Of a stretch of DNA of 64,000 nucleotides, positions 26,428-35,722 are shown in pieces (positions within the stretch are counted from its first letter, which is position 1; every line of letters starts with the position of its first letter). The stretch covers positions 384,001-448,000 of the forward strand of contig CAVOKF010000008.1 of the NCBI GenBank assembly GCA_963696385.1, in the 5' to 3' direction. This DNA comes from an uncultured delta proteobacterium (GTDB taxonomy: Bacteria > Myxococcota_A > Polyangia > Polyangiales > Polyangiaceae). A program made the position numbers and the translations under genes. The notes under the pieces were generated by a model. It did no database searches. It was given only the letters and a program-made list of their open reading frames with translations, and was not told the DNA's origin.

Positions 26428-28914
26428 CTACTTCTCGATCCTTTCGACGCCGCGGTGCAGCGGAGCCACGTTGATCGTAGGCGGGGCGGGCGGTGCCGGA
26501 GCCGCGGTCGATGCCGCCCCGATCGGCGGGGCCGCCGCCGCCCCGCCCGTCGCGTCCGGCCCGTTGACCGGCGCCGGTAGCTCGATCGGCTGACTCGGCT
26601 CGTGCGTCAGCACGTCGCGCGGGCGCGTCAGTTCGTCGAGCCGGCGTTGCTCGTCCGCGGTCGCGTACGACTGCCGGATGTCCTCGAGCAGCCCGTTGGT
26701 CCGCGAATAGTCCTTGGGCGCCTGATATTCGTTCTTTTCGGCAAATACGAAATAGTGATCCAGAAATTCTTGCCGTTCCTGCATCTTGCGCTCGAACACC
26801 GTGCGAAGATCGGATTGTTCGCGAATGATGTAAGGGGTCAGCACCAGGATCAAATTCGACTTCTGCATCGACGAGCTGCTCGACCGGAAGAACGCGCCGA
26901 GAACCGGGATATCGCCCAAAAGGGGAATCTTGGTCTGCGTAATCGCGACGCGATTGCGCACCAAGCCGCCGATGACGACCGTCTCCTGGTCTTTGACGAC
27001 CAGCTGGGTCTGCGCGGTACGCTTCGAAAACGGGACGGCGCCGAGAGAGCCGACCGGCGACAGGCCGGTGACGTCGCTGATCTCCTCGGTCACCTCGAGC
27101 CGGACTTCGTCGGAATCGTTCAGATGCGGGACGATCTTTATTTTGGTTCCGATGTCCTGGCGCGGGGCCGTTCCGAAGCCCTGGCCGAGCGCGCCGAGCG
27201 CACCCAAAGGACTCGCGCCGGCCGCGGTGGGCAGCGACCCAATCCCGCCGACGTTCGTCTGCAGCGGGATGTTCTGGCCGACGCTGATCTCGGCGGGGAT
27301 GTTGTCGGTCGCCAGGATATGAGGCGTCGAAAGAATGTCCGCGTCGTTGGTCTGCTCCATGGCATTGAGCAGAATGCCGAACGCCGGAATGGTAATTCCC
27401 GTGCCCAGGAAGTTTTCGCTTCCGGGCAGCCCAGGGCCGCGTATGCCGAGCGCGAAGGCGTTCAACGACGAGTCGGTCGGGCTCGGGAGCGAGATCGATC
27501 GGAACGGATTGAGACCGCCGTACAGGAGCGTCTGACCCGCGCTCGATGGCCCATTGGCGATATCGCCACCGTGGAAGGAGACGCCCAGCTGACTTTCGCG
27601 ATCGATGGTGAGATCCATGATCACCGCCTCGATGAACACCTGACGGCGCGGCTGATCGAGCTGGTCGATGACGGTGCGCAGATTGGCGAAGTCGCGCAGG
27701 CTCGACGTCACCACGATCGAATTGGTGGCCTTGTCTGCGCTGACCTTCACGCCCGATTCGAAGATCGTCAGCGGCGTGCCATGGCCCGCCGCTTGCCCGG
27801 CGGTCCCTGCGGCCGCGACGGCGCCGGTCACGATCTCGGTGAGCGTCTTGGCGAGTTCGACGGCGTCGGCGTGCTGCAGCGCGAGGACATGGATCTCGCC
27901 CTCTCCGCTATGCGGGACGTCGAGCCGCTTGATGAACTCGAGAATTCTCAAATAGCCGCGTTCGGTGCCGATCACGACGACGGAATTGCTGCGATCGTCG
28001 GCGAGGACCTTGGTGACGTGCACGTCGCCGGCGAGCGTCGTCGGCGGACCGGCTCCCGGCTTGCCCCCGGGCGCGGCCCCTTTGAGGTCGAAGACCTCGT
28101 TCAGCCTGGCCGCGATGTCGGTCGCGACGCCATAATGGATGGGTTCGATCCAGATTTGGTCGCCCACTCCGCCGACGTCGACGTCCTCGAGAATGCGCAT
28201 CATGCGCTGAATGTTTGCGCCGGTGTCGGTAATGATGAGCAGGTTGCCCGGCGCGTACACGGTAATGTCGCCGTCCTTCGACTTGAAATGTCCGAGGACG
28301 TTCGCGATCTCCTCGGCGCTCGCGTTGCGGAGCCGATGAATGCGCGTGATGTACCGGTCTTCGCCCGTGGCCGCTTGCCCCGCCACGTAGACCGGAACGC
28401 CCATCTTCGCGTCGGGCGAATCGATGATCTTGTAGAAGCGCCCGTGCGGCACGACCGTCAGGCCGTTGGCCTCGAGGATCGAGAGGAACGCTTGATAGGC
28501 TTCCGCGACCGTCACCTTCTGCGGCGAAAAGACCGTGGCCTTGAGGTTGTGGACCTTGCCGCCGAAAATGAAGCGCTTGCCCGTCAGTTCGCCGATGACG
28601 CGAACGAGCTCCGGCAGGTCCGCATCTTCGAGCGAGAAGGAAACCTTTTCGGCACCCCCGCGTGGCGTGTACTCGACCCCGGGCTCGAACTGTTGAAGTC
28701 CTTGGGTGTCTCCGGCGGCACGGGGGGAGCCCGGCGGCGATTCGGCGCCGGGGTTCTGCGCCGGATTGGCAGCGCCCGGCGGACCGGGCGCCGGCGCCGG
28801 AGGAGTCACGGGACGGCCATTGGGGCGAGGCTGGGGCTGGGCCGCGGCTTCGCCGGCCTGACCCACGATGGCGGCGCTGCAAAAAACGAGGCGGCAAAGG
28901 GTCTTCGATCGCAT
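26428..28914 (-). CDS. gspD: T2SS secretin D
   Basis: Signal peptide, N0 (FSLEDADL...LTGKRF), N-domains, RRQVFIEAVI, VVIGGL, KIPLLGDIPVLGAFF. Confidence 0.96.
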   Translation of the reverse strand: MRSKTLCRLVFCSAAIVGQAGEAAAQPQPRPNGRPVTPPAPAPGPPGAANPAQNPGAESPPGSPRAAGDTQGLQQFEPGVEYTPRGGAEKVSFSLEDADLPELVRVIGELTGKRFIFGGKVHNLKATVFSPQKVTVAEAYQAFLSILEANGLTVVPHGRFYKIIDSPDAKMGVPVYVAGQAATGEDRYITRIHRLRNASAEEIANVLGHFKSKDGDITVYAPGNLLIITDTGANIQRMMRILEDVDVGGVGDQIWIEPIHYGVATDIAARLNEVFDLKGAAPGGKPGAGPPTTLAGDVHVTKVLADDRSNSVVVIGTERGYLRILEFIKRLDVPHSGEGEIHVLALQHADAVELAKTLTEIVTGAVAAAGTAGQAAGHGTPLTIFESGVKVSADKATNSIVVTSSLRDFANLRTVIDQLDQPRRQVFIEAVIMDLTIDRESQLGVSFHGGDIANGPSSAGQTLLYGGLNPFRSISLPSPTDSSLNAFALGIRGPGLPGSENFLGTGITIPAFGILLNAMEQTNDADILSTPHILATDNIPAEISVGQNIPLQTNVGGIGSLPTAAGASPLGALGALGQGFGTAPRQDIGTKIKIVPHLNDSDEVRLEVTEEISDVTGLSPVGSLGAVPFSKRTAQTQLVVKDQETVVIGGLVRNRVAITQTKIPLLGDIPVLGAFFRSSSSSMQKSNLILVLTPYIIREQSDLRTVFERKMQERQEFLDHYFVFAEKNEYQAPKDYSRTNGLLEDIRQSYATADEQRRLDELTRPRDVLTHEPSQPIELPAPVNGPDATGGAAAAPPIGAASTAAPAPPAPPTINVAPLHRGVERIEK

Positions 28915-28932
28915 CGGGGACTCGGAAGGTCG

Positions 28933-29193
28933 TTACTTCGTCTTCTGCGGCGTGCCCGCCTGGAGCGGCCTGACGCCCGGAGCGGGGGAGCGTGTCGGAC
29001 GCGCGGACGGCGCCGGCTCGGCCACCGACTCGCCCGAAGACGGAGCGAGGGCGTGGCCGACGACGAGGGACGCGAGCAGCGTGAGCGCCGAAACCACGAC
29101 CACGCATGCTCCCACGAGAGCCCCCATCGCGACGAGGGTCCGCTTGAGCAGCATTCGGTTGTCCATCGGTGCGTCAGGCATCGCCGTCGTCAT
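28933..29193 (-). CDS. Small single-TM protein with Pro-rich tail inside the gsp operon
   Basis: 86 aa, fills the gspC-gspD gap on the same strand (4 and 18 nt spacers), one long hydrophobic helix. Confidence 0.6.
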   Translation of the reverse strand: MTTAMPDAPMDNRMLLKRTLVAMGALVGACVVVVSALTLLASLVVGHALAPSSGESVAEPAPSARPTRSPAPGVRPLQAGTPQKTK

Positions 29194-29197
29194 CTCG

Positions 29198-30160
29198 TCA
29201 TTGAATGTTGTAATCGAGGTTGGTGTCCTGACCCTGCCGGTTCACCGACACGGTCAAGTGGTCCGCCGTGCGCAGTCGCGCGTAGGCCTCGAGCGCCTTT
29301 TCGGGACTCGTCATGTCGAAGCCGTTGATTTTTTCGAGTCGGTCTCCGTTGTTCATGCCGAGGGTACCGAGCAGGCTGTCGGGTTTGACCCCGAACAGCC
29401 GAATGCCGACGACCTTGCCGTTCTCTTGCTCGGGCACGATGCGCGCCTGTCGCATCAACTCGGCTTGGTTTTCGAGAATCTTGTCGACGACGCTGCGATC
29501 GATGTTGAATTCCGTCGCGCTGACCCTCTGAATGCCTTTCTTGATGTCTGCGGACACCCCGGGGCCGCCCGAGGGCGGAGGGGCGGGCGGGGGTGCGGCC
29601 GCGCTGCTGGCGGCCGGAGGCGGCCTGAACATCTCAGATTGGCAGAGCTGACTGCCGCTGGTCAGCCAGACGCGATCCCAACCGATGAACTTGACCGTCT
29701 TGCCGCCGAGATCTCCCCCGCGCCGCCGCAGGACGCTCTTGCCCTTGTCCTGCGACGTCTCGAGCGCCGCGAAGGACCAATCCGGGTCGGAGGACGCCGC
29801 GATGACCAGCACCTGTACGCCGTCGCATTCCGGGGCGCTGTACGGATCGGTCAGGTCCGGCGGGGGCGGCTCAGCCGCTTTCGCGTCCTCGATCAGCGCG
29901 ACGGCGTTGAGCGGACCGGTGACCGAATCAAACGGATTTCGAGAGAGGATGGACTCGGCGCTCGTGACGTGTCGACTCGACGACATCGGCGGCGGCGGCA
30001 ACCGTGCCGTGAGTGGCGGCACGGCAAGCTGCTTGTCGTCCGGAGCCAGGCTCGCACCGACGATCTGCATGATCCCCTGCGCATCGAGGAAGGCGGCGAT
30101 GGCGACCAAGAGAAGGACCACCGCCCAGAAGTGCCTTTTGAGGAGCTTGTCGATGGCCAT
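29198..30160 (-). CDS. gspC: T2SS protein C with PDZ domain
   Basis: N-terminal TM, ILSRNPFDS, C-terminal PDZ (ARIVP...GIRLFGVKPDSL..LGMNNGD..INGF). Confidence 0.92.
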   Translation of the reverse strand: MAIDKLLKRHFWAVVLLLVAIAAFLDAQGIMQIVGASLAPDDKQLAVPPLTARLPPPPMSSSRHVTSAESILSRNPFDSVTGPLNAVALIEDAKAAEPPPPDLTDPYSAPECDGVQVLVIAASSDPDWSFAALETSQDKGKSVLRRRGGDLGGKTVKFIGWDRVWLTSGSQLCQSEMFRPPPAASSAAAPPPAPPPSGGPGVSADIKKGIQRVSATEFNIDRSVVDKILENQAELMRQARIVPEQENGKVVGIRLFGVKPDSLLGTLGMNNGDRLEKINGFDMTSPEKALEAYARLRTADHLTVSVNRQGQDTNLDYNIQ

Positions 30161-30199
30161 GCGGGTCGCGAACCGGGACAGGGTGCCCCGCGTCGAGAG

Positions 30200-30215
30200 T
30201 GCGAGGCACGTGCCA
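30200..30215 (-). promoter_or_regulatory. Sigma54 -24/-12 promoter for the gsp operon
   Basis: Minus strand TGGCACGTGCCTCGCA matches TGGCAC-N5-TTGCW (one mismatch) with exact GG-N10-GC spacing, 40 nt upstream of the gspC ATG. Confidence 0.7.
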
Positions 30216-30310
30216 TGACAGAAACACTCGAAGTTTCAATATGTTTCCAATTTCGACGGCCTCGTCCTTCGCCAGCTTGGCGAGGGGCTCGAAGCGGGGC
30301 TGCAGACCGT

Positions 30311-30323
30311 TGACAAAATGTCA
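30311..30323. promoter_or_regulatory. Candidate enhancer palindrome TGACA-AAA-TGTCA
   Basis: Inverted repeat about 100 bp upstream of the sigma54 box, with an AT-rich IHF-like tract (30231-30253) between them. Confidence 0.45.
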
Positions 30324-30454
30324 GTCGACCCGCGCCGGACGAGACGGGCGAGGCTCCTCTTCTCTCGACGTCGTCCCCTTCGCGAGCCGACGCTCCGACG
30401 CCGACGAGCTCGGCGAGAGAACGTGGCGCGAGCTACCGCGCACTCCAAGGAGTT

Positions 30455-31909
30455 TCATTCGGTGATCCCATCGAGCTTCCGGTAGATCGTGCGCGTCGAG
30501 ATTCCGAGAAGCTGAGCGGCCAAGGACTTGTCGCCTCGGGTGTTGCGCAACGTCTCCCGAATGACGCGCAGCTCGATCTCCTCGAGCGGAGTTCCGATCT
30601 CGAACGTGAGCTGCGTCGTCGTACTGGCCGGAGCGGTCGCGATGTGATCCGGCAAGTCCCCTTCGGCGAGCGCATCGCTGCGCGAGAGCACCACGGCCCT
30701 TTCGACCGCGTTCTCGAGCTCCCGGACGTTTCCAGGCCACGAGTAGTCGGCCAGACGCTCGAGGGCACCGCGGGTCGGTTGCAGCCGGGGGCGACCGTTT
30801 TTGGCGCAGTAAAGACCGAGGAAATGATCGACGAGCAGAGGGATATCTTCGCGGCGGGCGCGTAACGGCGGAGCCGTAATCGCGATCACGTTCAGTCGAT
30901 AATACAGGTCCTCTCGAAAGCGCGAGGCCCCCACCTCCGCGACCAGATCCCGATTGGTCGCCGCGACGATGCGGACGTCGGCCTTCGCCGTATTGCCGCC
31001 GAGCGGCTCGTACTCGCCCTCTTGCAGCACGCGGAGCAGCTTGACCTGCACGCTGGGCGAGAGCTCACCGATTTCGTCGAGAAAGAGGGTGCCTCCGGCC
31101 GCCTTGGCGAACCGACCGTCCTTTTTGGCCATCGCCCCCGTGAACGCGCCCCGTTCGTGTCCGAAGAGCTCACTTTCGAGGATCGTCTCGGGAATGGCCG
31201 CGCAATTGACGGCGACGAACGGGCCGCGCGAACGCGCCGAACGCTCGTGAATGTAGCGGGCCAGAAGCTCCTTTCCGGTGCCGCTTTCGCCCAGAACGAG
31301 CACCGTCGCCTGGCTCGGCGCCGCTTGCGTTGCGACGTCGATGACGCGACGCAGCGCTTGAGAGCTGCCGATGATTTCGCGATGCGCCAGGCGCTTGATC
31401 TCGGCTTTGAGGGAGCGATTCTCGGCAACGAGCTTTTGCTTCTCGGCCGCCTTGCGGACGCTCTTGACAATCGAGATGCGCTTGAGCGGTTTCTCGACGA
31501 AGTCGTAAGCTCCGTCGCGCATCGCGTTCACGGCCACCTCGACCGATCCGTAAGCCGTCATGAGGACGACCTCGACGTCGGGCACCACCTGCTTGACGGC
31601 ACGCAGCAGCTCGAGTCCGGTCGTGCCCGGCATCATCAGGTCGCTCAGGACGACGTGCACCCGGTGCGACCGTACGAGTTCGAGCGCATGCTTGGCGTCG
31701 GGCGCGGAGAGCACCCGCATCCCTTCGCGTGCGAAGATCTTTTCGAGCGACTCGACGTTCGAACGCTCGTCGTCGACGACGAGAACCGTAATCGCGTCGG
31801 CCAGCGGGTTGTCCCGAACCGGCTCGTCCGGAGCGACCGTCGAGGGCGCGGGCGCGACCTCGGCGACTCCGATCGGCGAGGGCAGAGGAAAACTGGGCTT
31901 TTGCAGCAC
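30455..31909 (-). CDS. Sigma54-dependent NtrC-family response regulator (REC-AAA-HTH)
   Basis: VVDDE, SDLMMPG, GESGTGKE, ESELFGHERGAFTGA, FLDEIGE, FREDLYYRLNV, WPGNVREL, Fis-type HTH; start uncertain. Confidence 0.95.
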   Translation of the reverse strand: MLQKPSFPLPSPIGVAEVAPAPSTVAPDEPVRDNPLADAITVLVVDDERSNVESLEKIFAREGMRVLSAPDAKHALELVRSHRVHVVLSDLMMPGTTGLELLRAVKQVVPDVEVVLMTAYGSVEVAVNAMRDGAYDFVEKPLKRISIVKSVRKAAEKQKLVAENRSLKAEIKRLAHREIIGSSQALRRVIDVATQAAPSQATVLVLGESGTGKELLARYIHERSARSRGPFVAVNCAAIPETILESELFGHERGAFTGAMAKKDGRFAKAAGGTLFLDEIGELSPSVQVKLLRVLQEGEYEPLGGNTAKADVRIVAATNRDLVAEVGASRFREDLYYRLNVIAITAPPLRARREDIPLLVDHFLGLYCAKNGRPRLQPTRGALERLADYSWPGNVRELENAVERAVVLSRSDALAEGDLPDHIATAPASTTTQLTFEIGTPLEEIELRVIRETLRNTRGDKSLAAQLLGISTRTIYRKLDGITE

Positions 31910-31951
31910 CGTGACAAGATGGCAGAGTAAAGACAGATCGTCAAAGAAGGG

Positions 31952-32404
31952 TCAGAACTGGAGGCGGATATGCCGCAGCCAGCGCAAGCCGTCCGCTCTC
32001 GGGTCGAACCGCAACGTTGCACGCGCGACTTCCTCGCCGCGCCCGTCGTAGAGGCCGGCCGAAAGCAGAGTCAAGGACTCGAGCGGCGACAGACCGTGCC
32101 ACTCTTTGTGCCCGTTCAGCTCGTACGGGCGCCCGTCGTCGCCGCGAAACGCGAACCGGTACGGGATGCGCCCTTCATCCAAACGACGCAGGCAAATCGT
32201 CCCGGCGATCGACTGACCCTTGGCGAGCCGCTCGGCGTCGATCGTCCCCGACAGCTGCCAGACCTTGTGGCTCACGAGGGCGCGCAGGTCCGGCGTCGTG
32301 ACCTTCAAATCGACGCCCATGGCGAGCTCGTCTGTGGGCGCGTCGAGCATCCAGTAGCTTCCGGTCAGCCACTCGTGAAACGACGCGGCGGGGAACGACA
32401 ACAC
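31952..32404 (-). CDS. Hypothetical beta-rich protein
   Basis: Protein-like C-terminal 150 aa of ORF 31952-32725; GTG at 32404 follows the ferredoxin stop by 5 nt. Confidence 0.65.
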   Translation of the reverse strand: MLSFPAASFHEWLTGSYWMLDAPTDELAMGVDLKVTTPDLRALVSHKVWQLSGTIDAERLAKGQSIAGTICLRRLDEGRIPYRFAFRGDDGRPYELNGHKEWHGLSPLESLTLLSAGLYDGRGEEVARATLRFDPRADGLRWLRHIRLQF

Positions 32405-32409
32405 GGCGG

Positions 32410-32754
32410 CTAGAGCGGGCCGCCGGCGCCATTTTTCGCGCCTGTGCGGTCGATGAGCCGATGGACGACCTCTCCCGACGCCGCGGCGGCCGCGATCTCC
32501 TCGACGTCCGCAAGGACGACGCCGCCGTACGCGACGTGCTCGGGCTCCTGAAGGACCGTCACTCCGGTTTCGCAAAGATCGAGGCAGGTCGACCCGCAGG
32601 CCCGCACCCTGTCTTTGGCCACGCCGCGGCGCATAAGCTCCTCCTTCAGCCGGCCGAGGATCTCTTCGGATCCCTTCTCGCCGCACGATCCTTTCGGATG
32701 CCCGTCGGGGCGGCGGTTGGTGCACACGAAGAGGTAGCGCTCACGAAAAGGCAT
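32410..32754 (-). CDS. Thioredoxin-like [2Fe-2S] ferredoxin
   Basis: FVCTNRR..GHPKGSC...CLDLCETG...YGGV four-Cys pattern. Confidence 0.9.
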   Translation of the reverse strand: MPFRERYLFVCTNRRPDGHPKGSCGEKGSEEILGRLKEELMRRGVAKDRVRACGSTCLDLCETGVTVLQEPEHVAYGGVVLADVEEIAAAAASGEVVHRLIDRTGAKNGAGGPL

Positions 32755-32881
32755 GGCCGACCTTGCCCCGAAACTTGACGCGGCCCCGCAAGCGGCGTCA
32801 AGCGCCGGTTTTCCGTCCGACCGCGTTCGACGCCATTCCCACCTTGCACTTCGGCCGCGACCGGACGATCCTCCGCCCCCC

Positions 32882-33817
32882 ATGAACGCGCGAATTCTTG
32901 CTCTGGTGATTTCACTCTCCCTTGCCGCAACCGCTTCGGCGTGCGGCGGGGCCAACGACAACCTGCCGCCTCCGCCGCCTCCGCCGCCTCCGCCGCCGGC
33001 AACGGCATCGGCGGCGCCCTCCGCCTCGGCCGCCCCGCCGCCGGCTGCGACCGCCGCTCCTGCGCCGCCGCCGCCCGTGGAGTTGACCGAGGGATTGGCT
33101 AGCCCCGATCCCGCTCCTCCGACGCCGACCGTCACGTTCGTCTCCCCGACGAAAGACCAGGTCGTGCCGACGGCCAAGGCCTCGGACCTTGAAATCAAGC
33201 TCGACGTCAAGAATTGGAAGACGGCGCCGGGCGACGCCCACGTTCACCTCATCTTGGACGCGTTCCCGTACAAGCCCATTTTCGATCCCAAAACCCCCGT
33301 CAAGATTTCCGATCTGACCGGCGGCCAGGCGCTCGCGGAAGGGCAGCACGTGCTCGCGGCATTTCCGAGCCGCGCGAACCACGAGAGCGTCAAGACCAAG
33401 GGGGCCGTCGCGCTGCTGGAGTTCTGGGTCGGCAAGAAGGGCGAAAAGCAGCAGGACATCTCGAAGCCCTTGGTCATCTACAGCCGTCCCAAAGGCGAAT
33501 ACAAGGGCGACATGGCCAACCACGTGTTGGTCGACTTCCAGATCGCGAACACGACGCTCGCCCCGGGCAAAAACCACGTTCACATCGCGGTCAGCGGCCC
33601 CGGGATCGACGGCGAGAAGACCTCGGACGTGACCAAGTTCGGAGCCCCGTACTACCTCGACCATTTGCAGGACGGCTCGTACTCGGTGAAGCTCGATTTG
33701 CTCGGCGCCGACGGGAAAGTGTTGCCGGGAACGTGGAACTCGACAACGCGACAATTCACCGTCTCCCACGCGGCCTCGGCCACGTCGCCCGCACCGGCCG
33801 CGGCCGCGACTCCTTAA
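32882..33817 (+). CDS. Pro-rich lipoprotein of unknown function
   Basis: Signal peptide ending ASAC, poly-Pro linker, globular domain with HVHLILD and AFPSRANHESVK. Confidence 0.8.
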   Translation: MNARILALVISLSLAATASACGGANDNLPPPPPPPPPPPATASAAPSASAAPPPAATAAPAPPPPVELTEGLASPDPAPPTPTVTFVSPTKDQVVPTAKASDLEIKLDVKNWKTAPGDAHVHLILDAFPYKPIFDPKTPVKISDLTGGQALAEGQHVLAAFPSRANHESVKTKGAVALLEFWVGKKGEKQQDISKPLVIYSRPKGEYKGDMANHVLVDFQIANTTLAPGKNHVHIAVSGPGIDGEKTSDVTKFGAPYYLDHLQDGSYSVKLDLLGADGKVLPGTWNSTTRQFTVSHAASATSPAPAAAATP

Positions 33818-34001
33818 AGTCGTGTTCCCCAGCCTGCCGCGCGATTCGATGCGGCGGCCGGTCGCGCGGATCGTACCCCCGTACGGCAGCCGAGCGACTT
33901 TGCTCGCATCGAATCGCTCGCGGCGGCATCCGTGCCGGCACGGCCCGCCGAAGCCTGAGGCGTGCCCACGAACGTCGAGCGGTCGTGTAAGGTAAAGGCC
34001 C

Positions 34002-35513
34002 GTGCAGTTGCTCGCCATCGTCCAGTCGGCGACGGCCGCGATGGATCTGTTCGCGGCACTCGTGCTGGCGCTGACTTTCCTGCGCCACCGTACCGATCGC
34101 GAGTATTCGCTCGCGGCGTTGGTCGCGCTCGCCGCCGCGCTGCACGCGGCCGGCACCTCGTTTTCGACGCACCCGATCTCGGGCATGTCCGCGCCCCTGG
34201 CCCATCTCGTCGCATCGTCGGGTCTGGTCGCGGCGCTGCCGCTCGCCGTTCACTTCGCGATCGAGTACTCGGCCGTCCAGGCACCGCGAACCCTGATCGG
34301 GGTCATTTACGGCGCCGCGGCCCTCGTCGAAGCCGTCGACCTCAGAGGGCCGCTCGGGGGTCGCGGGGCTCACGGTTCGCGGTTCTTCTTCGATGTGCCC
34401 GGTGCGATTTCGCACGCGCTCGTTCGAACCGACTCGCTCGTCGCCTCCGCTGCCGCCATCGTCGCCGCCGCTGCGGTCTGCGTGCTCGTTGGACGCCCAC
34501 ACCCGAGCGGTCGTCGCGAAGGACTCGCCATCGTCGCCGGATCGGGGGTGCTGCTCGCGGCGGCCCTTCACGACGTGGCGGTGGCGATCGGGGCGATCTC
34601 GTCCGGGCCCCTGGTCGACGTCGGGCTCACGGCGTTCGTCGTGGGCATCGCGACCACGCCAAGCGCGCGCTACGCGCAAGTCTCGCTCGATCTGGATCGA
34701 CGGACCCGGGAGCTTCGAACGCGGACCAGCGAACTACGGCGCTCGTACGAAGAGCTCCGCACCGCCGAAGAAGAGCTCGTCAAGAAGGAACAGCTCGCCG
34801 TCGTCGGCGAGCTCGCTGCCGTCATCGCGCATGAAGTTCGAAATCCGCTCGCGATCATCGCCAACGCGGTGGCAGGCCTGCGCAAGCAGGCCATGTCGCG
34901 CGAAAACTACGACGTCTTGCTGGCGATCCTCGATGAAGAGACCAGCCGTCTCAATCGATTGGTCACGGACCTGCTTCGGTACGCCCGCCCGGTCAACGTC
35001 CAGCGCACGTACGTCCCCCTCGAGGACTTGCTCGAGCGCGCGCTCGCACTCGCCGACACGGGCACGAAGAGCATCCGCATGGGTCTTACGATGGAGGTCG
35101 ACGAGGGGCACTACTGGGGCGACGCAAACCTGTTGCGTCAGGTATTCGACAATTTGATCGACAATGCCGTGCAGGCCATGACCGTCGGCGGCAGCCTGAC
35201 GATCTGCGTCCGCGCGGCCATCGAGGAAGGACTCGACGGGCTCGCGGTGGACATCATCGATACGGGCGAGGGCATGGACACGCAGGTGCGATCGCGCGCG
35301 CTCGACCCGTTCTTCACGACCCGCCCGAGCGGCACGGGCTTGGGCCTCGCCATCGTGGACCGTATCGTCGAGGCACACGGGGGGCGTCTGTCGATCGAGA
35401 GCCGCGCCGGCGAAGGAACCACCGTGACGGTGTTTCTGCCGCGGCATTCGGCGAGCGAGCCACCGAGAGCCTTGCAGACCGGGCCGCAGGACGGAAGCGA
35501 CGCCAGCGCATGA
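34002..35513 (+). CDS. Multi-TM sensor histidine kinase (NtrB-like core)
   Basis: About 7 TM segments, coiled coil, AHEVRNPL H-box, NAVQAM, DTGEGM, PFFTT, GTGLGL. Confidence 0.92.
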   Translation: MQLLAIVQSATAAMDLFAALVLALTFLRHRTDREYSLAALVALAAALHAAGTSFSTHPISGMSAPLAHLVASSGLVAALPLAVHFAIEYSAVQAPRTLIGVIYGAAALVEAVDLRGPLGGRGAHGSRFFFDVPGAISHALVRTDSLVASAAAIVAAAAVCVLVGRPHPSGRREGLAIVAGSGVLLAAALHDVAVAIGAISSGPLVDVGLTAFVVGIATTPSARYAQVSLDLDRRTRELRTRTSELRRSYEELRTAEEELVKKEQLAVVGELAAVIAHEVRNPLAIIANAVAGLRKQAMSRENYDVLLAILDEETSRLNRLVTDLLRYARPVNVQRTYVPLEDLLERALALADTGTKSIRMGLTMEVDEGHYWGDANLLRQVFDNLIDNAVQAMTVGGSLTICVRAAIEEGLDGLAVDIIDTGEGMDTQVRSRALDPFFTTRPSGTGLGLAIVDRIVEAHGGRLSIESRAGEGTTVTVFLPRHSASEPPRALQTGPQDGSDASA

Positions 35514-35682
35514 GCGGCGACGCGCCCGTCGCCAAGGCAGACATACGACATCGTCGGCCAGGCTCTCTACGGCCCGTCGACCGGACGCGGCTTGACTCCG
35601 AACGTCAAGCGCCCTCATACACGGGGTCCGCGGGACGGCGATCGACTGCCGGGGTCAGCAACCGGTAGCCCAATCTGCGATT

Positions 35683-35700
35683 CCGTCACGCGAACGTAAC
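35683..35700 (+). promoter_or_regulatory. Pho-box-like direct repeat upstream of the PhoB-like regulator
   Basis: GTCAC (35685) and GTAAC (35696) at 11-bp spacing. Confidence 0.4.
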
Positions 35701-35722
35701 TCCATCTCGATAGAGGGCACCC

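Noticed and set aside
15349..30160. Type IV pilus or Tad/Kil system
   Set aside because: Gene order C-D-E-F-G-H-I-J-K-L-M-N, GspK and PDZ-GspC identify a T2SS; no PilT or Tad genes.
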